64,000 bases of DNA. It comes from Macrostomum hystrix (Eukaryota > Animalia > Platyhelminthes). Below the pieces are notes generated by a model, which was not told the DNA's origin, searched no databases, and saw only the letters and a program-made list of their open reading frames with translations. Positions 27,301 through 38,518 of the stretch are shown here, piece after piece. The stretch spans positions 310,001 through 374,000 of the forward strand of contig CATNEN010000001.1 in the NCBI GenBank assembly GCA_950097015.1. The letters run 5' to 3'. Each line of letters opens with the position of its first letter. Position 1 is the first letter of the stretch. Made by a program: the position numbers and the translations under genes.

Positions 27301-28677
27301 GGCAGAGATGAGGCAGAGGAGAGATGAGACATGGTAGAGATAAGAAATGGCAGAGATGAGGCAGAGGAGAGATGAGACATGGAAGAGATAAGAAATGGCA
27401 GAGATGAGGCAGAGGAGAGATGAGACATGGTAGAGATGAGGCAGAGGAGAGATGAGACATGGTAGAGATAAGAAATGGCAGAGATGAGGCAGAGGAGAGA
27501 TGAGACATGGTAGAGATAAGAAATGGCAGAGATGAGGCAGAGGAGAGATGAGACATGGTAGAGATAAGAAATGGCAGAGATGAGGCAGAGGAGAGATGAG
27601 ACATGGTAGAGATAAGAAATGGCAGAGATGAGGCAGAGGAGAGATGAGACATGGTAGAGATAAGAAATGGCAGAGATGAGGCAGAGGAGAGATGAGACAT
27701 GGTAGAGATAAGAAATGGCAGAGATGAGGCAGAAGAGAGATGAGACATGGTAGAGATAAGAAATGGCAGAGATGAGGCAGAGGAGAGATGAGACATGGTA
27801 GAGATAAGAAATGGCAGAGATGAGGCAGAGGAGAGATGAGACATGGTAGAGATAAGAAATCGCAGAGATGAGGCAGAGGAGAGATGAGACATGGTAGAGA
27901 TAAGAAATGGCAGAGATGAGGCAGAGGAGAGATGAGACATGGTAGAGATAAGAAATGGCAGAGATGAGGCAGAGGAGAGATGAGACATGGTAGAGATAAG
28001 AAATGGCAGAGATGAGGCAGAGGAGAGATGAGACATGGTAGAGATAAGAAATGGCAGAGATGAGGCAGAGGAGAGATGAGACATGGTAGAGATAAGAAAT
28101 CGCAGAGATGAGGCAGGGGAGAGATGAGACATGGTAGAGATAAGAAATGGCAGAGATGAGGCAGAGGAGAGATAAGACATGGTAGAGATAAGAAATGGCA
28201 GAGATGAGGCAGAGGAGAGATGAGACATGGTAGAGATAAGAAATCGCAGAGATGAGGCAGAGGAGAGATGAGACATGGTAGAGATAAGAAATCGCAGAGA
28301 TGAGGCAGGGGAGAGATGAGACATGGGAGAGAAAGATGAGAGACATGGGAGAGATAAGGCAGAGTTCAGCCTGCAGTGAAACAGGTAGGCCTACCAAGAT
28401 CAGCTTGGTTAACAATTTTGGAATACAAAAAAGCCTTTAAAGTCCAGACTGAACAGCTGTATATAGCAATTGCCCCTAATTTTTTCAGATTCTTTATAAT
28501 TAATGCTTGTTGAAGCCTAAAGAAGACTATGTTTATAGTACTGAAGAAATTCCATTAATTATCTTTCAATAAATTTACTTACAATCTCAAGTCTTCATCA
28601 TCAGAAACAGGGTTTACTAGCAACCTGTCACTTTCACCAAGTTCTGAAGAAGTGTCCTTGCAGCAACAATTGCCCAT
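24389..28677 (-). CDS. LAMTOR1: Ragulator complex scaffold LAMTOR1 (p18), 2 coding exons, 197 aa
   Basis: Exon 28677-28583 gives MGNCCCKDTSSELGESDRLLVNP... (myristoyl/palmitoyl N-terminus and ExxxLL dileucine motif). It joins by a phase-2 GT-AG intron to exon 24887-24389, which has ILESVAVQVIDV, LEQQEYLQRSR, SDLQLV and EDLLVQFG. These match LAMTOR1 motifs IIDV, MEQHEYMDRAR, SDLQQV, EELVVQFG. Confidence 0.92.
25040..28355. repeat. Intronic minisatellite, 48-bp unit (trimer of 16-bp monomers)
   Basis: Unit GAGATGAGACATGGTA/GAGATAAGAAATGGCA/GAGATGAGGCAGAGGA, filling the LAMTOR1 intron. Confidence 0.96.
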
Positions 28678-28985
28678 TATTGTTAATTAGCTTATGTAAG
28701 TAAAACAATTGAATCTGAAAAATATCAGTAGGTGGAAATATAGATACTAAGAATACTATGAGTTAATACACTAATCTAAACAACAGGTTACCAAATAAAT
28801 AAAATGTACTAACTTATTTTCATATTAACTAATCAAGATACAAAATATAAAATTTTGTGTTTTAAATGAAGAAAAATTGTACTTAAAAATCGTGTGGTCC
28901 ATTTTGGTGTTTAAAAAGACCCAACATATACAATATATAATATCACTATATGAAAAAAACACTAAAGAGCCTAAGCTCTGTCCTC

Positions 28986-29577
28986 GGCAATAGTGCACTT
29001 TTGTTCGCGAAATTATTTTTCGTTTAAATTTGAAAGTTTGAAACCAGAAAACAAAAACAATGATAAAAATTGATGTTTTAAACAATTCTAGTGACTGTGC
29101 CAGAGCTCATTGGTCACAGAACTTGTCACCAAGCCACGGAACATAATACTAGTCGCTGTTTGTGCCACATAAACTCATAAGTTTAAGCAACACTCACCAA
29201 CACAATCAAGGGAATGTGGGCGCATTGCAAGGCCAAATTCAGGGCCATGCATGGAACAAGCAATGCCCTCTTCGAGGGCCACATCCAGGAGTTTATATGG
29301 TGCCGACTGTTCAGAGCAAACAGGGCTTTCGGAAACATGCTTTTCTGGATTCGCCACTACTACAGTGCCCAGTGACAAGCTCTGTGTCCACCACTAGAAC
29401 ACAATGATGAGTTGGCAAGTTCAGCAACCAGGAAGCTAAAAAGAGAGACTGTGCTCTGCCACAATCGTTAGAATTGTTTAAGACATCAAGTTTTTTATGT
29501 TATTGTTTCCTGGTTTCGAACTCTTAAATTTAAACAAAAAATTATTTTGCAAATGAAAGTGCACTAGGCCTATTGCC
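28986..29577 (+). mobile_element. Non-autonomous Merlin (IS1595-like) DNA transposon
   Basis: About 120-bp imperfect TIRs (GGCAATAG...CTATTGCC) and an 8-bp TSD CTGTCCTC (28978-28985 and 29578-29585). Internal transposase C-terminal remnant TNTIKGMWAHCKAKFRAMHGTSNALFEGHIQEFIWCR at 29196-29375. Confidence 0.85.
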
Positions 29578-29729
29578 CTGTCCTCTAGCTATTGTTAGGC
29601 CCCTATTGTTATTAAACTTATTAGGCCTAGGTGCTAAGTAAATTCAAGTAAATTCAAGCTTATGAGGAATAGATGGAAAACGATGAGCTAATAAAGAATA
29701 AAAGCAGGACAACACTTTCAGGGTTGTAG

Positions 29730-30382
29730 GGTAATGTATCATCAACCAAACAGTGTATCTTCAAAACCGAACAAGAATTTTGACTTCTTCCTTGCTCTTA
29801 TGCAAGACAGAAACAAGCTATTGTGTTTTACAGAACAACTAATTTGAAAGTTGAAGAAATTATCTACAAGCTGAGGCATGATGTGCAATGAAGCATTAAG
29901 AGGAAAGAAAGATATTGATGTTTCAGTAGAAATTTTTATTGCAAAAGCATACTTTTTAACAACATTTTTTCAGTATGTACTTTAGACTAAGATTGTATGT
30001 GGTTGCTTGCCAATTAAATGACCATAAATGTAGTTATTTATAGAGCATGAAAAATGCCTTCAAATGACATAATTCATGATAGTTAACTCCTTAAAATAAG
30101 ATTAAACCACTCACTCAAATTTTAAAACCAAACATCAAATTCTCTGTTTGGTTTGAAGATACATGAAAATCATTGTTCGGTTTTAGAAAAAAAAGCAGGA
30201 ATAACTTTTTTCTATTTGATAAAATAGCAAAAGCAGATACTTTTTAGAAAGATGTAACTGTTTTCTATAACTTGGCTTTTGATTTATCATCATATCTTAA
30301 ATAGAAAATCTGTAGATTATGTTTGAAGTTAAAAAAATACACATTCTTGTTTGGTTGATAATACATTAGGCCTAGGCCTACC
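29730..30382. mobile_element. MITE-like TIR element (GGTAATGTATCATCAACCAAACA...) flanked by 42-bp direct repeats
   Basis: The left TIR at 29730 matches the reverse complement of 30348-30382 once a GGCCTAGGCCTA insertion is removed; identical 42-mers lie at 29688-29729 and 30383-30424. Confidence 0.7.
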
Positions 30383-33300
30383 CTAATAAAGAATAAAAGC
30401 AGGACAACACTTTCAGGGTTGTAGCTTGTAGGCCTAGTAATGCAACCAGTCTTTTAGTTATAGGCCTAATATAAAAAAGTATCCAAAAACTACTGCTTAC
30501 AAATCAAGTCATTAAAATATTTAATGGTCCAATTTAGAGTTTTAAAATAGTCCAATTTAGAGCCTATTAAATTTTACACTTTTTTCTTTAAATTGTTTAC
30601 AATTTTTTGTGTGTAGGCATATAAAAATTTGACTTTAGCAAGGCCTAGCCTAGCATTAGTAGCCAATAGTACTCTTACTAGTTAACCATCAGAAGTCAAC
30701 TTTCTATATACTGTAGGTTATGGTTGTGTGTTATCTGCAACTGCAACCGAAGACTGAAGATGAATATATGGTTGTAAGCTAACGAATCAATAAAGGCTCT
30801 ATAATTAATTAGCAAAATATTCTGTCACTCAGTGACTCAGTCAGTCTCCCTTTAGGCCTAGTTGAGGAGAATTCGTTTTTTGAAGTCATTCTAGAAAATG
30901 GAAAAACTAGAAATAACAAAAATGCGTAGTCCCCGTTTCTTAGTTCCTTAAAGAACTATATTCCTTAGTATCCGAAAATGATAGAAAATTTTTGAAAACA
31001 TAGGAAAACTAAAAACTTGATTTAAATCAATTGGCTCTCGTTAAAAAGATAAAAAAATAATTTCGCATGCAAAAGAGTACATTAGAAGAAATCGGCGACT
31101 CCAACTATAAAAGCGGTAATACAACTTCATTTTGAAACTTTATGTAAGTCTGAGTAGGGCCTAACCTAGATTGACTGTAAAATACTAGCCTGTGTGTACT
31201 AGATACAAGCTTCTGTTGTCTTTTTTTTAGAATACTTTAAGCTGCGCAAACCAAGCGCGCACAGGATGTTTCCCAGAGCTTGCTACTTAAAGTAAGATAG
31301 AAATGTAGTAATTGAACTCAGGTTAAAAACCGTAGCTTGCTTGTTAGTATGTGTCGATTTAATCAATCATTAAATTATAAATTAATATACTAAATAAACA
31401 TCATTTCTGCATATCATTAAATTATAAATTTACGCAAGTAAACGATAAATAAAGTGGTAGAAAAAAGTTTGCTCAAAACCTTTCCGAATTGATGAGCATT
31501 GATTCCACAATGTTTTCCCCCAATGAAACATAAAGCCTGACTGATTGATCAAAATTCATTTGATGAAACCACTGAATTATACAGTTTCGAACGATCAATT
31601 TTAGTCTCGACATGACGTGCTGCGAGAATATAACTATATATATAAAGCGCGTAACGTTGGTACCTGTACGTGTATACTTCTAAATACTCCCTGATACTTT
31701 TATACTTCCTGAAGCATCATAGAAATTTAGTATATTATAGTTTGTTTCATTGAACAGCCTTTTACTGCAAAAAAGTTACTGCAAACTGCTCGCAGTGAAA
31801 TTTTTGTGAATGAAAGTGTAATAGTTAGCCTCTTGTATATACGTTATTCTATTATAAAAATTATAAAAATAAATAAAATTAAAAATGCGCCAAAAAAATA
31901 ATAATTTGTTTATCTTTGTACCGTATCAAAAGTAATACTGTATGTAAATAATTTTGTTTTAAATCGCATATTATAAATAATATTATGTAAAATGCTCCCG
32001 TTTAAACAAAAGTTAATTTTTCTCACTATAAATAGCCGCACATTTTGTCTGGAAAAATAACCTGTGTGTGAGTTCGAGAGAGTTCGAAAGTGTTCAAAGT
32101 GTTTCAGTGAGTTTGTAAGAGTGTTTCGAAGTGTGTGTTTTTAGAGTTGAAGTTGAAATTGTTGAGTTGAGTTAAAAGCTGAAAGCCTTTGCACAAGAGT
32201 ATTAAAGTGTTTCAGGAGAGTGTTTAAAGAGTTTAAAAGTTGAAGTAGTTTTTCAAGAGGTGTTTGTAAATATAGTTTTAAGTGTGTTTAAAAAATAAAT
32301 TTCCGACAGCTTTGCATTGTGTTATTCATTTTAAAGGAAGATAGCAGTGAGAAGTATAATTAGAATTATACTCAGAAGTTATACTAAGAATATTATCGAA
32401 GGGAACTGCTAAACTCTAATCTCGGGGACGCCTAATCGGCTGGAAAAGTATACAGTTGCCTAATTACCGCTCGTGCATATATAAACGCTACCATTTGAGA
32501 AGTTAAAACGGCCCTTTTAAGGTCCACCAGTTAATGTGAGTCAACTGTAGTAGAAATATTAAAATAGCCCAGTACAACTTTGATAACAACGGTGAGATAA
32601 TTAATTTCCACCTGTACAACTTTGGTGGCATTCAGTAGAAATAAGTAAAAAGAAGTAAGCCCTGGTACAAAAGGAAAGGCTAAAAAAGTTTACAGAAACT
32701 GCTACAAAAAGAGGCCCACCGCGCCAACTTGCAAAAGACAATGATGGTGTGTTCTGCTTCCTTTTCACTTTGGTCGTTTGCAGGTCCTGCTAATTGTTTT
32801 TATCTGCCAGACAGTCCCTATTCCATAGAAACATATTTTAGCTTGCCTAAACAACAATGCCTAAGAAACAATAGACTTGAAAAAGAAAGAACTGTTTTCG
32901 AAAGTATATTTTTTAACTTTGTGACATTTGGTTACCGAGTTACTAATAAAGTACAAAAAATAAACAAATTATTTAAATTTAAAAGTCTTTATCAATTAAA
33001 AAACAATTGAAATTGATAAAAAAAAGTCAGCATCACAAAAAAGTCTCCCAAGTCACTCGTCTCCTAAGTCACGATCGTATTCTGTGATATTAATTTTAAT
33101 CACTTTTTGCCATGTGCATGCACACTCGATTTTTTTGGTCAAGTCTATTAATTATTACTAGATATATCTTTCATAACATCTTAATACAGTTTCTAATGGC
33201 GATCCTACAAAGTATGAATTTTTATTGGTTAATAAGAGAGTAAAATACATTGCGATAATGGATTTCTCCTACTTACAAGCGTAGAAGTACTTTTATTATT

Positions 33301-33986
33301 ATTATTATATCATGATACACGATTAAGATTCTAACAAAGTCTGAAACGGTGAAGAGAAAACATAAGTCACGTGCTTTTCTTAGAAAAACATAACTCCACG
33401 TGTCTCGATGACTATTTATATGGTTATATTTTGCTGTTTTAAAACAAGAAATAAGAGAATAATAATAGACAAAATAATATTTAGTACTTTTATAGCAGCT
33501 GGTTGAAAATCACGAAAAGCGAGTCATAGCCGGCTTATTGTCATGTGATGATTTACTTTTTTCTCCGGAGCACAATAATTCTGTCAGTCACATGAGAAGC
33601 CCTATATGGGGTGTGTCGGTATAGAAACAAATGGCTTCGAGGCTAAATTACAGAACCATATTAAAGTTGTTATTTTACTTTGAAGAGGCAGCCTAACACA
33701 AACAGCAACAGGAGTTTTATGTATCAAATGATTCGTAAATACACTAAAACGTCCTATAGCTTAGTCAAAGAGGTACATGTATATCAAAGCAGGTTAATAT
33801 TCAAACCAAGGCGTTTTACTTTTGAAGTGTTCTTTGTTAAAGCGACAAATAAAGTTAAAAGTTGAATTCACATTAATACGAGTTATTTGAGCTAAACAAC
33901 AGTTTGAAAAAAAGGAATTCTTTTGTTTGTATTCTCTTTACTAAAATGTTTATCTTAGTTGAAGGAGGCTTGAGAACAGCGAGGAG

Positions 33987-34124
33987 ACAATTCTGCCCCA
34001 TTCCGCTGACTTCTGAGCACACGCTCACACAGGTGTGTACATCTGCCCTGACTTTCTCTTTGTCAGGCAGTGTACACTTTTACTGCGCCTTGGAGGTTGG
34101 CCCTCAATGGCGTAAATTGCACGA
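33987..34124 (+). mobile_element. Dispersed repeat with internal hairpin, copy 2
   Basis: Matches 11615-11781. Confidence 0.75.
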
Positions 34125-34193
34125 CCGTTGCAAATGTGTGGACCCTGCGCCGGTGAATTGGGACCATGAAAGTCATGTGACTTAGGGACCATC

Positions 34194-35530
34194 CTAAGTC
34201 ACTCGTCTCTTAAGTCACTCGTCTCTAAGTCACTCGTCTCTTATGTCACTCGTCTCTTAAGTCACTCGTCTCTTAAGTCACTCGTCTCTTATGTCACTCG
34301 TCTCCTAAGTCACTCATCTTTTATGTCACTCGTCTCTTATGTCACTCGTCTCTAAGTCACTCGTCTCTTAAGTCACTCGTCTTTTATGTCACTCGTCTCT
34401 TAAGTCACTCGTCTCTTAAGTCACTCATCTCTTATGTCACTCGTCTCTTAAGTCACTCGTCTCTTAAGTCACTCGTCTCTTAAGTCACTCATCTCTTAAG
34501 TCACTCGTCTCTTAAGTCACTCGTCTCATAAGTCACTCGTCTCTTATGTCACTCGTCTCTTAAGTCACTCGTCTCTAAGTCACTCGTCTCTTAAATCACT
34601 CGTCTCTTATGTCACTCGTCTCTTAAGTCACTCGTCTCTTATGTCACTCGTCTCTTAAGTCACTCGTCTCTTATGTCACTCGTCTCTTAAGTCACTCGTC
34701 TCTTATGTCACTCGTCTCTTATGTCACTCGTCTCTTATGTCACTCGTCTCTTATGTCACTCGTCTCTTAAGTCACTCGTCTCTTATGTCACTCGTCTCTT
34801 AAGTCACTCGTCTCTTATGTCACTCGTCTCTTATGTCACTCGTCTCTTAAGTCACTCGTCTCTTATGTCACTCGTCTCTTAAGTCACTCGTCTCTTATGT
34901 CACTCGTCTCTTAAGTCACTCGTCTCTTATGTCACTCGTCTCTTATGTCACTCGTCTCTTATGTCACTCGTCTCTTATGTCACTCGTCTCTTAAGTCACT
35001 CGTCTCTTAAGTCACTCGTCTCTTATGTCACTCGTCTCTTATGTCACTCGTCTCTTATGTCACTCGTCTCTTATGTCACTCGTCTCTTATGTCACTCGTC
35101 TCTTAAGTCACTCGTCTCTTATGTCACTCGTCTCTTAAGTCACTTGTCTCTTATGTCACTCGTCTCTTATGTCACTCATCTCTTATGTCACTCGTCTCTT
35201 ATGTCACTCGTCTCTTAAGTCACTCGTCTCTTATGTCACTCGTCTCTTAAGTCACTCGTCTCTTATGTCACTCGTCTCTTAAGTCACTCGTCTCTTAAGT
35301 CACTCGTCTCTTAAGTCACTCGTCACTCAAATCACTCGTCTTTTAAGTCACTCGTCTCTTAAGTCGCTCGTCTCTTAAGTCACTCGTCTCTTAAGTCACT
35401 CGTCTCTTAAGTCACTCGTCTCTTAAGTCACTCGTCTCTTAAGTCACTCGTCACTCAAATCACTCGTCTTTTAAGTCACTCGTCTCTTAAGTCACTCGTC
35501 TCTTAAGTCACTCGTCTCTTAAATCACTCG
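34194..35530. repeat. Minisatellite, 16-bp unit (TA[A/T]GTCACTCGTCTCT)
   Basis: Tandem periodicity with two interspersed variants. Confidence 0.96.
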
Positions 35531-35937
35531 TTTTATAAGTCTTTTTATTGGTCACTAGAAGAAATTAAATTTATTAACACGCTGTTTTTAAATGAACATC
35601 TAAAGAAACGAATATTATAAACAACAATTCGTGATTTAACCGTTGAAAGTATTTTCAAAATAAACAACAATCATGAGAAAAATGAGAAATAGAAACGATT
35701 GGGTTTTGAATAAATTAATGGTGAAAGGCAAAAAAACACGGCGGTACTACTAGTCCTTTTTCGCATTCCACATTTGGAATGGGGAGGAAATATTGTTGTT
35801 GTGCAGCTGTCCAACGGACGCAATTCGTATACCAAGTGCTTCATTTCACCCCGCTGTAAAATTTGTCACCAGCAACAGCTGGGTAGAGATTACACTCCCA
35901 AGTCCACGGACTAAACAGCTTACACAGCCCGAAAATG

Positions 35938-37239
35938 TCAAGCAGCGCCATTGTCGTCGAGTTGCTTCAATGCAATGTCTTCTTGCTTGTGCTGCTGCTG
36001 CTGCTGCTGCTGCTGGGTTGTGCCTATCTCCCGCAGCTCGATACGCTCGGTCTGAACCTGTACAGCGGTGTACTTGTGCTCCAGAAAACGTCGACAGGCA
36101 GAGTTTTTGTGCGCCACCAGTAGATAGGCAACGAAAACGAATTGAGCTACCGCGCTCAGAATGTTTTTAATAGGCTGCAGAATGTAGTAGAGAATCGGAT
36201 AGAGACTCTGCGAGAGTTCAGACCTGCTGTGAACCGTCTGCGCTTTGAAGAGGCCAGTGACGGCCAGCGGTGGATAGCACAGCACCACCAGAGCTAGGAA
36301 CAGAGCCCGGGCGCTGATGTTGACCAGCTCGGCGTTCTGAAATGTGGCCGCAGAATGACTGGACAGAGTGGCAGCTCCAGTCAGACTGCTGCCGGGACCG
36401 CCGCGTTCGCGCTGCTGAAGCTGCTGACGCTGCTGCTGACAGTCGAGGCCCGATCCGCCGAAGCTGCTGCCGCCCTGTCCGTTCTGATTGAGTCGATCGG
36501 CGCGACCGCAGAGCCAGCAGATCAGAACTGTCAGTGTGCTGCCAGTGCAAATTAGGATCGGAGCGTAGATGTTGCAGAGAACGTCTAGGACCACAGACAC
36601 GCTGTAGACCGAGTGAAACTCGGGCAGGATGCTGCAGATCAGTTCGCTAGACGAGTCCTGCTGCGAATCTCTAGCCTGGCCGCTTTGATTGTCGCCAGTC
36701 CGATGACCGACGCTGCCGCCGCCAACGATGCTGAACATCCACAGGTAGTTGAGGTGTGCAGCAGCGACTACAGCTCCAGCCACCGCGACGCCAATTTTCA
36801 ATCGGAACGTGCTGAAATGCTTCAACGCGAACTTTAAGCGGAGACACATGGCCGCGCGCTCCATAGCGAATAGAGTCAGGACCCAGACTTGCATGGTGAG
36901 GGTGGCATTGTCGCTGAAGTGATAGACCTTGCATATCCAAGCAGTCACGTGTCTGCTTGCTCCAGTCCATAGTTCTGGCCTATCCAGCATGGCGAAGCAG
37001 GTCTTGTTAAGCAGGCAAGCAAAGTCGGCGATGCAGTTCCAGCGAATTAGAAGCAAACAGCTGAGACCGTAGCTCGAGAATGGGCGTCTATTGAGTAGCC
37101 ACAGACAGACAATGAGCAGGGCCATAGAAACGTAGCAATGACCAAGGATGACCTGGACATGCAGCGCACTAAGATATGTGCCTGAGTCATTGTGCCCATC
37201 GTCAGTGCTGGGCATGGACGTATTCGGATCTAAATACAT
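35938..37239 (-). CDS. Intronless orphan class A (rhodopsin-like) GPCR, 433 aa
   Basis: Seven hydrophobic segments; WICK (Cys at the top of TM3), LTLFAMERA (DRY-equivalent), ECL2 Cys (ELICSIL), TM5 Pro (NIYAPILI), TM6 CYPP; N-terminal NxS sequons. Confidence 0.85.
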   Translation of the reverse strand: MYLDPNTSMPSTDDGHNDSGTYLSALHVQVILGHCYVSMALLIVCLWLLNRRPFSSYGLSCLLLIRWNCIADFACLLNKTCFAMLDRPELWTGASRHVTAWICKVYHFSDNATLTMQVWVLTLFAMERAAMCLRLKFALKHFSTFRLKIGVAVAGAVVAAAHLNYLWMFSIVGGGSVGHRTGDNQSGQARDSQQDSSSELICSILPEFHSVYSVSVVLDVLCNIYAPILICTGSTLTVLICWLCGRADRLNQNGQGGSSFGGSGLDCQQQRQQLQQRERGGPGSSLTGAATLSSHSAATFQNAELVNISARALFLALVVLCYPPLAVTGLFKAQTVHSRSELSQSLYPILYYILQPIKNILSAVAQFVFVAYLLVAHKNSACRRFLEHKYTAVQVQTERIELREIGTTQQQQQQQQHKQEDIALKQLDDNGAA

Positions 37240-38030
37240 ATTCAGTCTAACAAATTTCGTTTATCCAGTCAAAGCAAATTTAAATTGTCTAGCTTTGTCA
37301 ACAGCTTTTTGTGCCTGATCCAGTGCGTATAGAAAAAAACGTGCCTTTTTGCTTCCCAAGCAGAAACGTCTGCCATTGGGCCACGATTTACAGCAGCCAA
37401 TCAGCGTGGTTTTCTGTCGATTTGCGTCACAATATTCTCAAGTGTCGGAATGTCGTCAAACCGAAAATACTACTGAGGCTTAATTTAGTTACTTGAAGTT
37501 TCTATGGGACCTAACCGGCCTTCACTCGGCTTGTAAACACAAATTAAAGGTAAATAGGTCATGGCAGAGACAGGATCATAGGTAGATGGAATGGGACAAT
37601 GGTGATGAATTGTGACAGTTAAACTGCGCATCGGACTTCTTAGAGATTAGCTTGACTTCGACTTAAACCTTCAACAAATCAACATAGGCCTATTTCCTGT
37701 ACTAAGCATGCTACGAGCGTAATTACAATATTCCTTCTTGTCAATAGTGATTAGTCGAATCCTTGATTAAAAAAAAGATTTCCCAACGACTATAGCTTTG
37801 TTTACTTAGCAACTGACAATGATTTTGCATAAATTTATAAATGGCTTATCACACAATTGTCTCACTGGATGAAATTGGCCTCTAAATGTCACATGAATGT
37901 AGCTTAAAATGATGTCATCTAATTTCAATTATGGCTATGAAGACAGCTATTTGTAAACATTTTGACATAAAGTCAGTCTGTTATAATCAATAGGAATATT
38001 CCACATTTAGTATTGAACAGACAAAGGCCG

Positions 38031-38418
38031 AGTCATACATTGGGGTCATACATTGGAGTCATACATTGGGGTCATACATTGGGGTCATACATTGGGGTCA
38101 TACATTGGGGTCATAATATGGGGTCATACATTGGGGTCATACATTGGGTCATACATTGGGGTCATAGATTGGGGTCATAGATTGGGGTCATAATATGGGG
38201 TCATACATTGGGGTCATACATTGGGGTCATACATTGGGGTCATACATTGGGGTCATACATTGGGGTCATACATTGGGGTCATACATTGGGGTCATACATT
38301 GGGTCATACATTGGGGTCATAGATTGGGGTCATACATTGGGGTCATACATTGGGGTCATACATTGGGGTCATACATTGGGGTCATACATTGGGGGTCATA
38401 CATTGGGGTCATACATTG
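38031..38418. repeat. Minisatellite, 13-bp unit (CATTGGGGTCATA)
   Basis: Tandem periodicity. Confidence 0.95.
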
Positions 38419-38449
38419 CGGAGAGAAGACGTTTATAGCTTGTCGTGCA

Positions 38450-38518
38450 ATTTACACTGCCTGACAATGAGAAAGTCAGGGCAGATGTACACACATGTTA
38501 GAGCTTGTGCTGAAGGTC
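38450..38518 (-). mobile_element. Dispersed repeat with internal hairpin, partial inverted copy 3
   Basis: TACACTGCCTGACAATGAGAAAGTCAGGGCAGATGTACAC is the reverse complement of the core of copies 1 and 2. Confidence 0.7.

Noticed and set aside
24934-28415. 700-1144-aa ORFs on the minus strand
   Set aside because: These are the repeat-filled LAMTOR1 intron; the flanking exons splice across it in phase.
31817-32440. Possible solo LTR (TG start, TATAAATAG, G/T-rich tract, AATAAA)
   Set aside because: No second copy, PBS, clear CA end or TSD could be identified.
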